NCBI GenBank assembly: GCA_031412375.1
Contig: JANOCW010000101.1
Location: forward strand, 4,388-68,387
Length of the DNA: 64,000 nucleotides
Origin: Gemmatimonadaceae bacterium
GTDB taxonomy: Bacteria > Gemmatimonadota > Gemmatimonadetes > Gemmatimonadales > Gemmatimonadaceae
Reading direction: 5' to 3'
The notes under the pieces were generated by a model. The model was not told the origin of the DNA, searched no databases, and was given only the letters and a program-made list of their open reading frames with translations. Position numbers and translations under genes: made by a program. Each line of letters opens with the position of its first letter. The stretch's first letter is position 1. This document shows, piece by piece, positions 18,371 through 27,880 of this stretch.

Positions 18371-19735
18371 TCATCGTGCGCCATCTTCCGCCGCCACCCA
18401 GCCGGTTCGCCCGCCCGGCGTCTGCACGTAGAGGTAGTCGGCGAAGCGTCCGAGCACCGGGACGCCGGTGCCCGCAGCCACGCTTTCCATGGCGGGGGCC
18501 GCCGACCCTGGCGCCTCACGAACCGTGACGACTTCGAGCCTGCGCTCCGTCCGCAGCGGACGCTGCGCCCGCTCGGCGAACCGTGCGGACATCCACCCGC
18601 TCGCCCCATCGGGCAGTCGTGCCCGATACCACGATCCGCTCGCGCTTTCGATGCGGAGCACCGTATGGCGAGGGAGCCGAACCACCGTCACGGCGCTATC
18701 GGCCGGAGCCGCTCGCAGGGTGACGGTCGCGGCCGCGGTGCGCACCCAGTCGCCAAGATCGCCGACATCCACCAGCACCGGCGTGACCGTCGCTCGCGAG
18801 CGCTGCACGAACGGGAAGGGATCGACGGGACCTTCGCCCCGACGGTAGATGCCGAAGTGGAGATGGGGCGGCGTGCTGCGGGCGTTGCCGGTGTTGCCGA
18901 CGAGACCGAGCGTGTCGCCGATGTTCACCATCGCACCGGGGCGGGCGATCTGGCTGTCGAGATGAGCGTAGTACAGCGACTGGCTGCGCTTCGCATCGTA
19001 CACCCAGACCACTTTCCCGCCGAGGCTGCTGACTCCGACGTTGCGAACGAATCCCGACGACGCTGCGATCACGGGGGTTCCGCGCGGCGCGAAGATGTCG
19101 ATGCCATGGTGGTTGCGGCGGCCACCGTCGCGTGCCGCGCCGAAGAAGCTCTGTGCGGCACGGCTGTCACGGCCCGAGACGGGGAAGGCCAGCGATGGGC
19201 CGCTCTCGAGCGTCAGCGTGTACTGCCCTCCACGCAGGAGCTCCGGCTGAACACGGAGCAGATATGCCCCGTCGCGTCGCGCCTCGTATTCGAAGACGCG
19301 GGCCCCGGGTTCTGCACTCGCGACATGATCGAGCGCTTCGGTGGAATCCGCGGGCTGCTGGTACAGGTCGACGAACATCGGCATGCCCGTGCTGTCGGCG
19401 ACCTCGAGCATCAGCGCCAGCCTCTGTCCGCGGCGCAGTGTCAGCCGATATGCAACGGCCCGGGTCTCGGTGGGCGACAGGTATCCGGTCTCGCGGAATG
19501 GCAGCCCGATGAAGACGGGGTCCGCAATCGCCCGATTGGCCGCGGCGATCCACCCCGACCCGAGCGCGGTGGAGTCGAGCCCGGCGTCGCGGAGCCGCTT
19601 GGCGTAGCGCTCGTGGGGCGTGAGCGATGGCGCCAACGCTTCGCGCAGCGACTGTTCGGCACTACAGCCCGCGCTGGCCAGTAGGGTGACGGCGAGCAAC
19701 CCGCGCGCGCGCCGAAGCAGGGGAGGTTGGATCAC
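18371..19735 (-). CDS. M23 family metallopeptidase lipoprotein with C-terminal SH3-like domains
   Basis: Has HHGIDIFAPRGTPV and GNARSTPPHLHFGIY (M23 HxxxD / HxH motifs) and the lipobox LLASAGC. Start is GTG at 19735. Confidence 0.85.
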   Translation of the reverse strand: MIQPPLLRRARGLLAVTLLASAGCSAEQSLREALAPSLTPHERYAKRLRDAGLDSTALGSGWIAAANRAIADPVFIGLPFRETGYLSPTETRAVAYRLTLRRGQRLALMLEVADSTGMPMFVDLYQQPADSTEALDHVASAEPGARVFEYEARRDGAYLLRVQPELLRGGQYTLTLESGPSLAFPVSGRDSRAAQSFFGAARDGGRRNHHGIDIFAPRGTPVIAASSGFVRNVGVSSLGGKVVWVYDAKRSQSLYYAHLDSQIARPGAMVNIGDTLGLVGNTGNARSTPPHLHFGIYRRGEGPVDPFPFVQRSRATVTPVLVDVGDLGDWVRTAAATVTLRAAPADSAVTVVRLPRHTVLRIESASGSWYRARLPDGASGWMSARFAERAQRPLRTERRLEVVTVREAPGSAAPAMESVAAGTGVPVLGRFADYLYVQTPGGRTGWVAAEDGAR

Positions 19736-19842
19736 ACCTGATAGTAGGCCCGGCGGCGCGATTTTGTTTCGTCGGGCGACACGCTGCTCGCCGCCTGTGC
19801 GTTCCCGTTGAGCAAGTCACCGGCGCGCGGTACCTTGCCCCC

Positions 19843-21717
19843 ATGACCATCGTCTCGCCTCCGATCGTCCGCGCGCAGCTTCGTGAGATCGCGTTCCTGA
19901 ACGGCCTCACCGACGGGGATTACCACTACCTCTCCTCGCGCCTCGACTCGATCACCTACGAGTCCGATGCCATGGTCTTCGAGCAGGGCGCCCGGCGGGA
20001 GCTCTTCGCCCTGATCACGGACGGCGCGGTGGCGATCGAGAAGCACGCCGGCGGCACGCCCATCCGCCTGGCGACGTTCGGGGCCGGCGAGGCCATTGGC
20101 GAGGGGCTTCTCCTCGATGATGACATCCATGGAACGACCGCCCGAACGCTCGAACGGACGAGCGTGCTCCTGCTGCGCGTTGCGCAGCTCCAGGAGATCA
20201 TCCGCGAACGGCCGACCCTGTATGCCGGGCTCGTGACCCGGGCAGCGCGAGCGATCTCCCGGCGGCTCCAGGCCACCGATGCGACGCTCGTCGGTCGCGG
20301 ACGGAGCCTCGGGTTCGGCGGCGGGCGCACACGCGTCGAACACGACCTCCTCGGCGACCGCGAAGTGCCGGATGACGCCTTGTATGGCGTGCAGACGCTG
20401 CGCGCGCTCGAGAACTTCCCGATCTCGGATGTCGTGCTTCGCGACTACCCGGCGCTGATCCAGGCGCTCGCCGCGGTGAAGGAAGCCGCGGCGCTCGCCA
20501 ATGCGGACCTCGGGCTCCTCGATCCGACGATTGCGGAGCCGATCGTCCGCGCCGCGCGCGAAGTGCGCGCCGGCCGGCATCACGAGCATTTCCTCGTCGA
20601 CATGTTCCAGGGCGGCGCCGGCACATCGACCAACATGAACGGCAACGAGGTCATCGCCAATCGCGCGCTCGAGCTGATGGGCAGGAAGCGCGGCGACTAC
20701 GATGCCGTTCATCCCAACAACCACGTCAACCTGAGCCAATCGACCAACGACGTCTATCCGACGGCAGTGAAGCTGGCGCTGCACTCCAGCCTCGAAGGAC
20801 TGCGCGTGGCCGAGCGCGAGCTCGCCGAGGCGTTCCTTCGCAAGGGCGAGGAATTCCGCTCGCTCCTGAAGATGGGGCGGACGCAGCTCCAGGATGCCGT
20901 CCCGATGACCCTTGGCCAGGAGTTCAGCGCGTTCGGCCATACCATCCTCGAGGACGTCGATCGACTCGGGGAAGCGATGGCGCTGATTCGCGAGATCAAC
21001 ATGGGCGCGACGGCGATCGGCACGGGCATCAACGCCGCGCCGGGATACGCGGAAGCGGTCCGCCAGCGCCTGTCGGCCATCGTCGGGCTCGAGCTCATCA
21101 CCGCCCCCGACCTCGTCGAGGCGACCTCGGATACCGGGGCGTTCGTTCAGCTCTCCGGAGTGCTGAAACGCTGCGCGGTGAAGGTCTCGAAGATCTGCAA
21201 CGACCTGCGCCTGCTGAGCTCCGGCCCACGCGCCGGACTCGGCGAGATCAACCTTCCGCCCATGCAGCCCGGGTCATCGATCATGCCGGGTAAGGTGAAC
21301 CCGGTCATTCCCGAGGTCGTCAACCAGGTCTGCTTCGACATCATCGGCGGCGACGTCACGGTGACGATGGCGGCGGAGGCGGGCCAGCTCCAGCTCAACG
21401 TCTTCGAGCCCGTGATCGCCTATCGGCTGCTGCACGGTATCGAGTCGATGCGGAATGCCTGCAACGTGCTGCGCGAACGATGTGTCGATGGAATCACCGC
21501 GAACCCGGAGCGGATGCGCTGGTTCGTCGAAAACTCGGTAGGCATCGTCACCGCGCTCGTGCCCGTCCTCGGCTACGAGACATCGACGGAGATCGCCATG
21601 GAGGCGTTGAATACCGGGCGCGGCGTCTACGACGTGGTATGCGACCGTGGGCTCATGACGCGGGCGGAACTGGATCAGCTCCTGAATCCCGACGCGATGA
21701 CAGCGCCGAGGAAATAA
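19843..21717 (+). CDS. aspA: Cyclic-nucleotide-binding-like domain fused to aspartate ammonia-lyase
   Basis: Residues 1-150 show the cNMP-binding/CAP effector fold pattern (FLNGLTDGDYHYL ... FGAGEAIGEGLLL ... VLLLRVAQLQEII). From about residue 153 it is a full aspartase (RVEHDLLGDREVPDDALYGVQTLRALENFPIS ... GSSIMPGKVNPV signature). ATG at 19843. Confidence 0.85.
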   Translation: MTIVSPPIVRAQLREIAFLNGLTDGDYHYLSSRLDSITYESDAMVFEQGARRELFALITDGAVAIEKHAGGTPIRLATFGAGEAIGEGLLLDDDIHGTTARTLERTSVLLLRVAQLQEIIRERPTLYAGLVTRAARAISRRLQATDATLVGRGRSLGFGGGRTRVEHDLLGDREVPDDALYGVQTLRALENFPISDVVLRDYPALIQALAAVKEAAALANADLGLLDPTIAEPIVRAAREVRAGRHHEHFLVDMFQGGAGTSTNMNGNEVIANRALELMGRKRGDYDAVHPNNHVNLSQSTNDVYPTAVKLALHSSLEGLRVAERELAEAFLRKGEEFRSLLKMGRTQLQDAVPMTLGQEFSAFGHTILEDVDRLGEAMALIREINMGATAIGTGINAAPGYAEAVRQRLSAIVGLELITAPDLVEATSDTGAFVQLSGVLKRCAVKVSKICNDLRLLSSGPRAGLGEINLPPMQPGSSIMPGKVNPVIPEVVNQVCFDIIGGDVTVTMAAEAGQLQLNVFEPVIAYRLLHGIESMRNACNVLRERCVDGITANPERMRWFVENSVGIVTALVPVLGYETSTEIAMEALNTGRGVYDVVCDRGLMTRAELDQLLNPDAMTAPRK

Positions 21718-21723
21718 GGCGGA

Positions 21724-21846
21724 GGGAGCGGACGGCGAAGTGATCAGCGGTCAGCCGTCAGGTATCAGCAGTCAGTTACGGCGTCCGTGCGCTGCTGATC
21801 ACTGACGGCTGATCCCTGATGGCTGACGGCTTCGTCGTCCACTCCC
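21724..21846. repeat. Heptad TCAG-family palindromic repeat, copy C (best-preserved exemplar)
   Basis: GGGAGCGGACGGCGAAG (21724-21740); TCAG at 21744, 51, 58, 65, 72; CTGA at 21795, 802, 809, 816, 823; CTTCGTCGTCCACTCCC (21830-21846). Lies between convergent stops at 21717 and 21850. Confidence 0.9.
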
Positions 21847-21849
21847 AGA

Positions 21850-23550
21850 TTACGTCTTGAATTCGGCCACCAACTCGCGGACCCTCGCCGAGCCCTCGCG
21901 CAGCGCTTCTGCCGTCGCCGCGAGCTCCTCGGCGGTTGCCGAGGTCTGCTCTGTCGAGGCCGCCACCTGCTCGGCCGCAGCGGCGTGACCCTGCGCGGTG
22001 TCTCGGGCCGAGTTCAATGCGCCATCCACGGCCATGATCGCGGCACGGCTGGCGGCGACCACGCCACTTACTCGTGCGGCGGCTGATTCGACGCGGACCA
22101 CCGCGCCCTCGATGTCGGCGATGGCGCGCGATGCACCGGCGGCGACGCCTTCGACATCCCGAAGCCGTGACGTGCCCGCGTCCACCGCCTTCCCCGCCGT
22201 GGTGACCCGCTGGCGGAGCAGCCGGGTGTTGTCGCTGATGTGTGCCGCGGTCGTCGCGCTCTGCTCGGCGAGGAGGCGCACTTCGTCGGCGACGACCGCG
22301 AAGCCGCGGCCCGCATCGCCGGCGCGCGCCGCTTCGATCGAGGCGTTGAGGGCGAGGAGGTTCGTCTGCGATGCAATCTCCGCGATGGCCGCGGCGAAGG
22401 TCTCGATCACCGTCGTCGCCTCGCGCAGCACGCCGATCTCGGATGCCGATGAATCGACGACCGCGCGCGCATCGAGAAGCGTCTCGACTGCCCGCGCGAT
22501 CTCGTCGCGCGCCATCATGGCCGTCCGGCGAATGTCGCGGCCGGCGTCCTCGCTCGCGCTCCCGGCCTCGGCGATCGCCGTGCCCTCGTCGGCGAGCCGG
22601 TTCACCGCGTCGCTGGCGCGCCCGATCGCGTCGAGCTGCGAGGCCGCGCCCTCCGCCATCTCGGTGACCGCCTCGGTGATGTGCTGCGCCGATTCCGCGA
22701 CCCCGCTCGTTGCCGACGCAAGCGCAGTGGCGATCTCCGACACGCCGTCGGATTCCTCCTGCACGCGGTCGAGCAGCGCGCGCAGTCGCTCGCGCGTGCG
22801 GCCGAGTGACGCCGAGAGCTGCCCGTACTCCTCTGCCGTATCACTGCTCGTCGTCACTGAGCTCTCGCGGAGGTCTCCGGCGCCGATGGCCTCGACCTCA
22901 CTCCCGAACTCGCGCAGGGGCCGGGTCACGGCGGCCACCGTGGACATTCCCGAGATCACGGCGACACAGAGCGTGAGCAGGACAATGAGGGCGAGTGTGC
23001 GCTCGCTGCGCTGCAGCCCATCCTCCATCGCCGCGCGCCGGATCGCCGTGCGGACCGTGGCGCCCCGCCGCAGTGCCTCGAGCGATGCATCCATCTGCTC
23101 GGTGGCCGCGGTGCCCAGCTGGAGCAGGCGGGTCGCCTCTCCCGGCCGTCCCGTTTCGCGGTACGCGTTGGCCAGCGCCATGTGGACCTCGATCGTGCCC
23201 TGCAGGCGACCGACTTCCTCGAGATGCTCGCGCTCGACGGAGGAGAGCGCGGAGAGGCTCATCGCCGCGCGCCGGAGCGAGTCAGCGCGCTCAGCGAGGC
23301 TTTCGTAGCGAGTCCGGTCGCCGTCGATGCCGGTGTTCACGTACATCACGCCGGCGGTGATCTCACGCATGATCGTCGTCGCCACGCGCTGGGACGTCTC
23401 GAACTGCTCCTCGAGCAGTCGAACCTGTTCAGCGCTTTGCCGGTTGTTCTGGTTCAGCGCATAGGCCGCGACGCCGCCCGCCACGACGAGGAGCACCATC
23501 ATCGCGCCGAATCCGAACTGCAGCCGGCCGCGGATCGTCCGCGTGATCAT
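21850..23550 (-). CDS. Methyl-accepting chemotaxis protein with four-helix-bundle periplasmic sensor and HAMP
   Basis: Two TM segments flank a helical sensor of about 150 aa. Conserved signalling domain [36 protein letters not shown] at 23548-23550 overlaps the upstream stop (ATGA). Confidence 0.9.
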   Translation of the reverse strand: MITRTIRGRLQFGFGAMMVLLVVAGGVAAYALNQNNRQSAEQVRLLEEQFETSQRVATTIMREITAGVMYVNTGIDGDRTRYESLAERADSLRRAAMSLSALSSVEREHLEEVGRLQGTIEVHMALANAYRETGRPGEATRLLQLGTAATEQMDASLEALRRGATVRTAIRRAAMEDGLQRSERTLALIVLLTLCVAVISGMSTVAAVTRPLREFGSEVEAIGAGDLRESSVTTSSDTAEEYGQLSASLGRTRERLRALLDRVQEESDGVSEIATALASATSGVAESAQHITEAVTEMAEGAASQLDAIGRASDAVNRLADEGTAIAEAGSASEDAGRDIRRTAMMARDEIARAVETLLDARAVVDSSASEIGVLREATTVIETFAAAIAEIASQTNLLALNASIEAARAGDAGRGFAVVADEVRLLAEQSATTAAHISDNTRLLRQRVTTAGKAVDAGTSRLRDVEGVAAGASRAIADIEGAVVRVESAAARVSGVVAASRAAIMAVDGALNSARDTAQGHAAAAEQVAASTEQTSATAEELAATAEALREGSARVRELVAEFKT

Positions 23551-24707
23551 CTCGCTCCCACCCTCGCCATCACGACCGGCTTCCCGACGACGTCATGCTG
23601 CGCATCGAACGCGATCCGCCCCGTCGCGCCGTTGTACACCACCTTGCTCGATGATCCGATCGCGGCGACGTAGTCGCGCATGCGCCGACGATCTCCCCGC
23701 TCCGCGCGAGCAGCTCGCCCAATGATCATTGCGGCATCGTAGGCGAGCGCCGCGCGCTGGTCCGGCACCATTCCGTATCGCGTGCGGTAGCTCTGCACGA
23801 ACGCCCGGCCCGCATTCGAGGTCACCGCATCGGCCTGGAAGAACGCGGCGTAGCGCACACCGGAAAACTCGTCCGGCTTCGTCGCGAGCGGGGCGATCGC
23901 ATCGCCACCGAGCAGCGGAACGTTGACATTCGCCCGGCGGAGCGCGCGAATGAGCAGCTCTGCATCGTCGGCGCTCCCGGGAAAGAGGACGACATCGGGA
24001 GCGAGGCGCGCGGTGTAGGCCGCGAAGGCATCCCATTCCGTAATGCCCGCGAGGTATGGATCACGCTGGACGACCTTGCCGCCGCCGTCCTGGTAGGCCT
24101 TGCTGAACGCCCGCGTCCAATCCTTCCCGTAGGCGTCGTTGCGATAAATGATCGCCGCGCGCCGGCCACCCACCGAGTCGAGCGCGAACCGCGCGGTCGC
24201 GGCGCTCGCCGCAATGTCGGTGGGACAGACCCGAAACACCCAGTTGCTCAGGCCGGTCAGCGAGGGGCTCGTCGCCGTGGGCGAGACGGCGACGAGCGCG
24301 CGGGCGCCGTTTCCCTCGCGATCCTCGTAGACGGGAGCGGCCTCGAGCGTCGAGCCGCTCTCGGGATGCCCGACGACCCCGACCACCGACGGATCATCCC
24401 GCAGGATCGTCGCAATCTGGATTGCGCCCGTGATCGTCTCGGGCGTCTTGCGCATCACGAATGGCAGTCCCTTCGTGCCTCGTTCCTGATTGAGCTGCTC
24501 GACGGCCAGCTCCACCCCGTTGTAGATCGTCTGCATTCCCGCGCGCTGCGGGTTGAGCGCGACGCCGATCGCCCACTCGCGTCCCCGCGGGCGTATCAAG
24601 TCGGCGGGCTTGCCCCGGCAGCTCCCCAGCGTGAGTGCCCCAATGAGCAGGATCGGGAGCCGGGCGCGAAGGCGACGGTATGGCGCCGGGGTGAGACGGT
24701 GCGGCAC
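23547..24707 (-). CDS. Periplasmic substrate-binding lipoprotein, LivK/Peripla_BP_6 (branched-chain amino acid type) family
   Basis: Has the lipobox LTLGSC and type-I SBP-fold sequence features throughout. No permease or ATPase genes are adjacent. GTG start at 24707 (start uncertain). Confidence 0.75.
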   Translation of the reverse strand: MPHRLTPAPYRRLRARLPILLIGALTLGSCRGKPADLIRPRGREWAIGVALNPQRAGMQTIYNGVELAVEQLNQERGTKGLPFVMRKTPETITGAIQIATILRDDPSVVGVVGHPESGSTLEAAPVYEDREGNGARALVAVSPTATSPSLTGLSNWVFRVCPTDIAASAATARFALDSVGGRRAAIIYRNDAYGKDWTRAFSKAYQDGGGKVVQRDPYLAGITEWDAFAAYTARLAPDVVLFPGSADDAELLIRALRRANVNVPLLGGDAIAPLATKPDEFSGVRYAAFFQADAVTSNAGRAFVQSYRTRYGMVPDQRAALAYDAAMIIGRAARAERGDRRRMRDYVAAIGSSSKVVYNGATGRIAFDAQHDVVGKPVVMARVGAR

Positions 24708-24855
24708 GAGGGGGTTCGTCGGTGGGGGAGAAGGCTCCGTTCACGGTGCGGCGGCGAGCCGGGAGCCGGGCTCCCGTATGACGCCCCCCGTCACCCGCTG
24801 GCAACGCTTCTCCCGGCTTGCCGCCCGCCCGGCGCCCGGATAGCGTACTGCCCAC

Positions 24856-25920
24856 ATGCCTCCCCGACGAAGAAAGCGGCTCGATCCGGCCCTGTTCAAC
24901 CTCCCCGTCGACCGGATGCGCCAGGGAGACTACTCGGACGAATCGGCCGCCCACACGCGCGACGTGCTTCGAGCCGATGGCGCATTAGCCCGCGTGACGA
25001 TGCAGATCTCCACGCGCGCCGGCGGGCTCCTCGGTGGAATGGACGAGGCGATCGCCATCCTCAAGCTCTGCGCCGACGACTGGGGCACACTCACCGTCCA
25101 CGCGCTGTACGACGGCGACCGGATCCAGCCGTGGGAAACGGTCCTGACGATCGACGGCCCGTACGAGAGCTTCGCCCACCTCGAGAATCTCTGCCTCGGG
25201 GTGCTCTCGCGACGAACCCGTGTCGGGACGAACACCCGAACACTGGTCGAAGCGGCGCGCCCGAAGTCGATCATGTTCTTCCCGGCGCAGCACGATCACT
25301 GGCTCGTCCAGCCGGGCGATGGATACGCGGCACACATCGCCGGCGCGCTGCGGGTCACCACGGATGCGCAGGCGAAGTGGGGGGGATCATCGGGGCTCGC
25401 GACCGTGCCGCACGGACTCATTGCCGCGTATCGCGGCGACACGGCCGTGGCCGCGCGGAAGTTCTCGGAGCACCTCGGTGAAGGTGTTCGGCTCATCGCG
25501 CTCGTGGACTACGAGAACGACTGCGTCCGCACCAGCCTCGAGGTTGCGCGCGCCCTGGACGACCGGCTGTGGGGCGTCCGCCTCGACACGTCGCGGTATC
25601 TCGTGGACCGGTCCATCCTCCCCCAGATGGGCAGCTTCGATCCCACGGGGGTGAACCCGCAGCTCGTCTGGGCCGTGCGCAATGCCCTGGACGCCGAGGG
25701 GTTTGGGGATGTGAAGATCGCCGTGTCGGGGGACTTCACGGTGGAGCGCATCCGGGCCTATGAGGATGACGGGGTCCCGGTGGATGCCTACGGAGTGGGT
25801 GCCTCCATCTTCGCCGGCCGCTACGACTTCGTGGCCGACGTCATCTGCCTGGGCACGGAGCCCCAGCTTCGCGCGGGGCGCGAGGCGCGTTCCAATTCGC
25901 GCCTGGAGCGGGTGAAATGA
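24856..25920 (+). CDS. Nicotinate phosphoribosyltransferase family protein (short, archaeal/Thermus-like type)
   Basis: Has QPRTase/NAPRTase TIM-barrel-type features (ALVDYENDCVRTSLEVARALDDRLWGVRLDTS ... VKIAVSGDF). The call rests on family resemblance only. Confidence 0.6.
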   Translation: MPPRRRKRLDPALFNLPVDRMRQGDYSDESAAHTRDVLRADGALARVTMQISTRAGGLLGGMDEAIAILKLCADDWGTLTVHALYDGDRIQPWETVLTIDGPYESFAHLENLCLGVLSRRTRVGTNTRTLVEAARPKSIMFFPAQHDHWLVQPGDGYAAHIAGALRVTTDAQAKWGGSSGLATVPHGLIAAYRGDTAVAARKFSEHLGEGVRLIALVDYENDCVRTSLEVARALDDRLWGVRLDTSRYLVDRSILPQMGSFDPTGVNPQLVWAVRNALDAEGFGDVKIAVSGDFTVERIRAYEDDGVPVDAYGVGASIFAGRYDFVADVICLGTEPQLRAGREARSNSRLERVK

Positions 25921-26008
25921 GCATGGTCGCGAGGTGCCGCACGGCCGTCTGAGGCGTCTTTCTCCTGTACACCGGCGCATCGTTCGCGCCGGCACTCCGG
26001 GAGGACCG

Positions 26009-26386
26009 ATGGGAATAGCGAAGCTGGACGGCGCTGGCGTCGTGAAGATGGGCACGCTGAAGGACGCATCGCCCATGATTCAGCGCTTGCACGGCATCGT
26101 CGAGCAGATGGCGCTCGCACAGAAGCAGAACAAGGGAACGGCCGTGATGGGGATGCAGCTGCGTCGGGCCGGAACGCCGCTGGTCGGCCTGCTCAAGGGT
26201 CACTTCACGCCGATGTCGGACACGGTCACGGCCATGATCCTCATCGCGACGCGTGCCGGGAACGAAGGAGCGAAGGTTCGCTCGCTGCGCGAGTTGGTCG
26301 CGGGCCTGAAGTCCCAGCTGGAGATTTCGACGAACAAAGTCAAGGAACTGCACATGTCGGAGGAGGCAGCGGCGCCCGGGGACTGA
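26009..26386 (+). CDS. Hypothetical protein (125 aa, Lys-rich, helical)
   Basis: ATG at 26009 is preceded by GGGAGGA. GC3-rich codon usage supports the + strand over the overlapping - strand ORF. No family recognised. Confidence 0.5.
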   Translation: MGIAKLDGAGVVKMGTLKDASPMIQRLHGIVEQMALAQKQNKGTAVMGMQLRRAGTPLVGLLKGHFTPMSDTVTAMILIATRAGNEGAKVRSLRELVAGLKSQLEISTNKVKELHMSEEAAAPGD

Positions 26387-26503
26387 GGTTGCTTTCCCCT
26401 CTGACGGCCCGTTACCTTAGCATCACTTTTCCGGAACTCCTTGCGCGCGTCACGGTGCATGTCGCGGCGCGGCGAACACGCTGGTACAAGGACACGACAC
26501 GGG

Positions 26504-27853
26504 ATGAAAGTGATGCTCCGCCCGCGCCGGCTCGTGGCTGCCGCGCTGACGGTCGTGCTGACGCTGGCATTCGCCGCGTGCGGTAACCAGGATCTTCCGA
26601 ACACCACATTCGATCCCCACACGGAGTTCGGTCGGGACATCGACGCGCTCTGGGATACGCTGCTCCTCTGGGGAACCATCGTCTTCGTGTTGGTCGAGGC
26701 CGCGCTGATCTTCGTCGTCGTGCGCTACCGACGCCGCGAGGGACGACCCGAGCCGAAGCACGTGCACGGCAACACGACGCTCGAGATTCTCTGGACCGTG
26801 CTCCCCGCGGTCATTCTCGTGCTGATCGCCGTGCCGACGGTGCGCACGATCTTCAGCTCCCAGGCCGCGGCACCGGCGAGCGCCATCCGGGTGAACGTGA
26901 TCGGCCACCAGTGGTGGTGGGAGTTCGAGTATCCGCAGTACGGCATCAAGACGGCCAACGAACTGTACCTGCCCACGGGACGCACCGTGGCGTTCGAGCT
27001 CCGCACCCAGGATGTGCTGCACTCCTTCTGGATTCCGCAGCTCGGCGGCAAGCGCGATCTGATTGGCAACCGCACCAACTATCTCTGGTTCACGCCCGAC
27101 TCCACCATGGGCTCGGATGTGTGGAACGGCTTCTGTGCGGAGTATTGCGGCGACTCGCACGCGAACATGAAGTTCCGCGCGTTCACCGTCTCGCAGGCCG
27201 ACTTCGAGCGATGGGCCGCGCACCAGAAGTCGGGTCCTGTCGTCGCGGCTCCAGTCGCACCGGCGCCCGTCGCGCCCGCAGCCGGTGCTCCCGCGGCGTC
27301 CACCGGAGCGTCCCAGACGGCGGCCAAGACCGGGACCACACAGTCCGCCGGGACCATCACCGGGCAGACGCCAGCCCCCAGCGCCGCGGCGCCGGCTACT
27401 CCGGCAGCGGGGGCGGCCGCAACCATCGCGGCGGTCTCGTCGCCCGGTCTCGTTGCATCGCTCTTTCCACAGATTCCCGCCCATGCGGTGCCGAAGACGC
27501 CGATCCCCGCCGGCCTCACCTTCCAGAGCGGACTGACCGGCGATGTCGAGCGCGGTCGAGCGCTCTACGCGCGCAGCCCGTGCGTCGGGTGTCACGTCAT
27601 TCAGGGCGTTTCGATGAGTCCCGTGGGACCGACGCTCACCCACGTCGGCAGCCGCACCACCATTGCCGCCGGCCTCTACCCGAACGACGCAGCGCACCTC
27701 GCGCGGTGGATCAAGAACGCCCCTGCCATGAAACCCGGGGCCATCATGCCGCCGCAGGGCAAGGGGATTCGCGATCCGCGGACCAGCGCCGTCGGCACGC
27801 TCGATGATGCCCAGATCGCCGACATCGTGGCGTATCTGCTCGCCCTGAAGTAA
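26504..27853 (+). CDS. ctaC: Cytochrome c oxidase subunit II with C-terminal cytochrome c domain (caa3-type)
   Basis: Lipobox LAFAAC, two TM segments, CuA site HSFWIPQLGGKRD ... CAEYCGDSHANM, an Ala/Pro-rich linker, then the CVGCH haem c motif. Confidence 0.92.
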   Translation: MKVMLRPRRLVAAALTVVLTLAFAACGNQDLPNTTFDPHTEFGRDIDALWDTLLLWGTIVFVLVEAALIFVVVRYRRREGRPEPKHVHGNTTLEILWTVLPAVILVLIAVPTVRTIFSSQAAAPASAIRVNVIGHQWWWEFEYPQYGIKTANELYLPTGRTVAFELRTQDVLHSFWIPQLGGKRDLIGNRTNYLWFTPDSTMGSDVWNGFCAEYCGDSHANMKFRAFTVSQADFERWAAHQKSGPVVAAPVAPAPVAPAAGAPAASTGASQTAAKTGTTQSAGTITGQTPAPSAAAPATPAAGAAATIAAVSSPGLVASLFPQIPAHAVPKTPIPAGLTFQSGLTGDVERGRALYARSPCVGCHVIQGVSMSPVGPTLTHVGSRTTIAAGLYPNDAAHLARWIKNAPAMKPGAIMPPQGKGIRDPRTSAVGTLDDAQIADIVAYLLALK

Positions 27854-27880
27854 CCACGCAGCACCGGAGAGACCGAGGCA

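Noticed and set aside
25841-26353. 170-aa minus-strand ORF overlapping the hypothetical gene at 26009-26386.
   Set aside because: The plus-strand frame has a good GGGAGGA-ATG start and GC3-rich codons. The minus-strand product is Arg/His-rich and overlaps the end of the NAPRTase-like gene.
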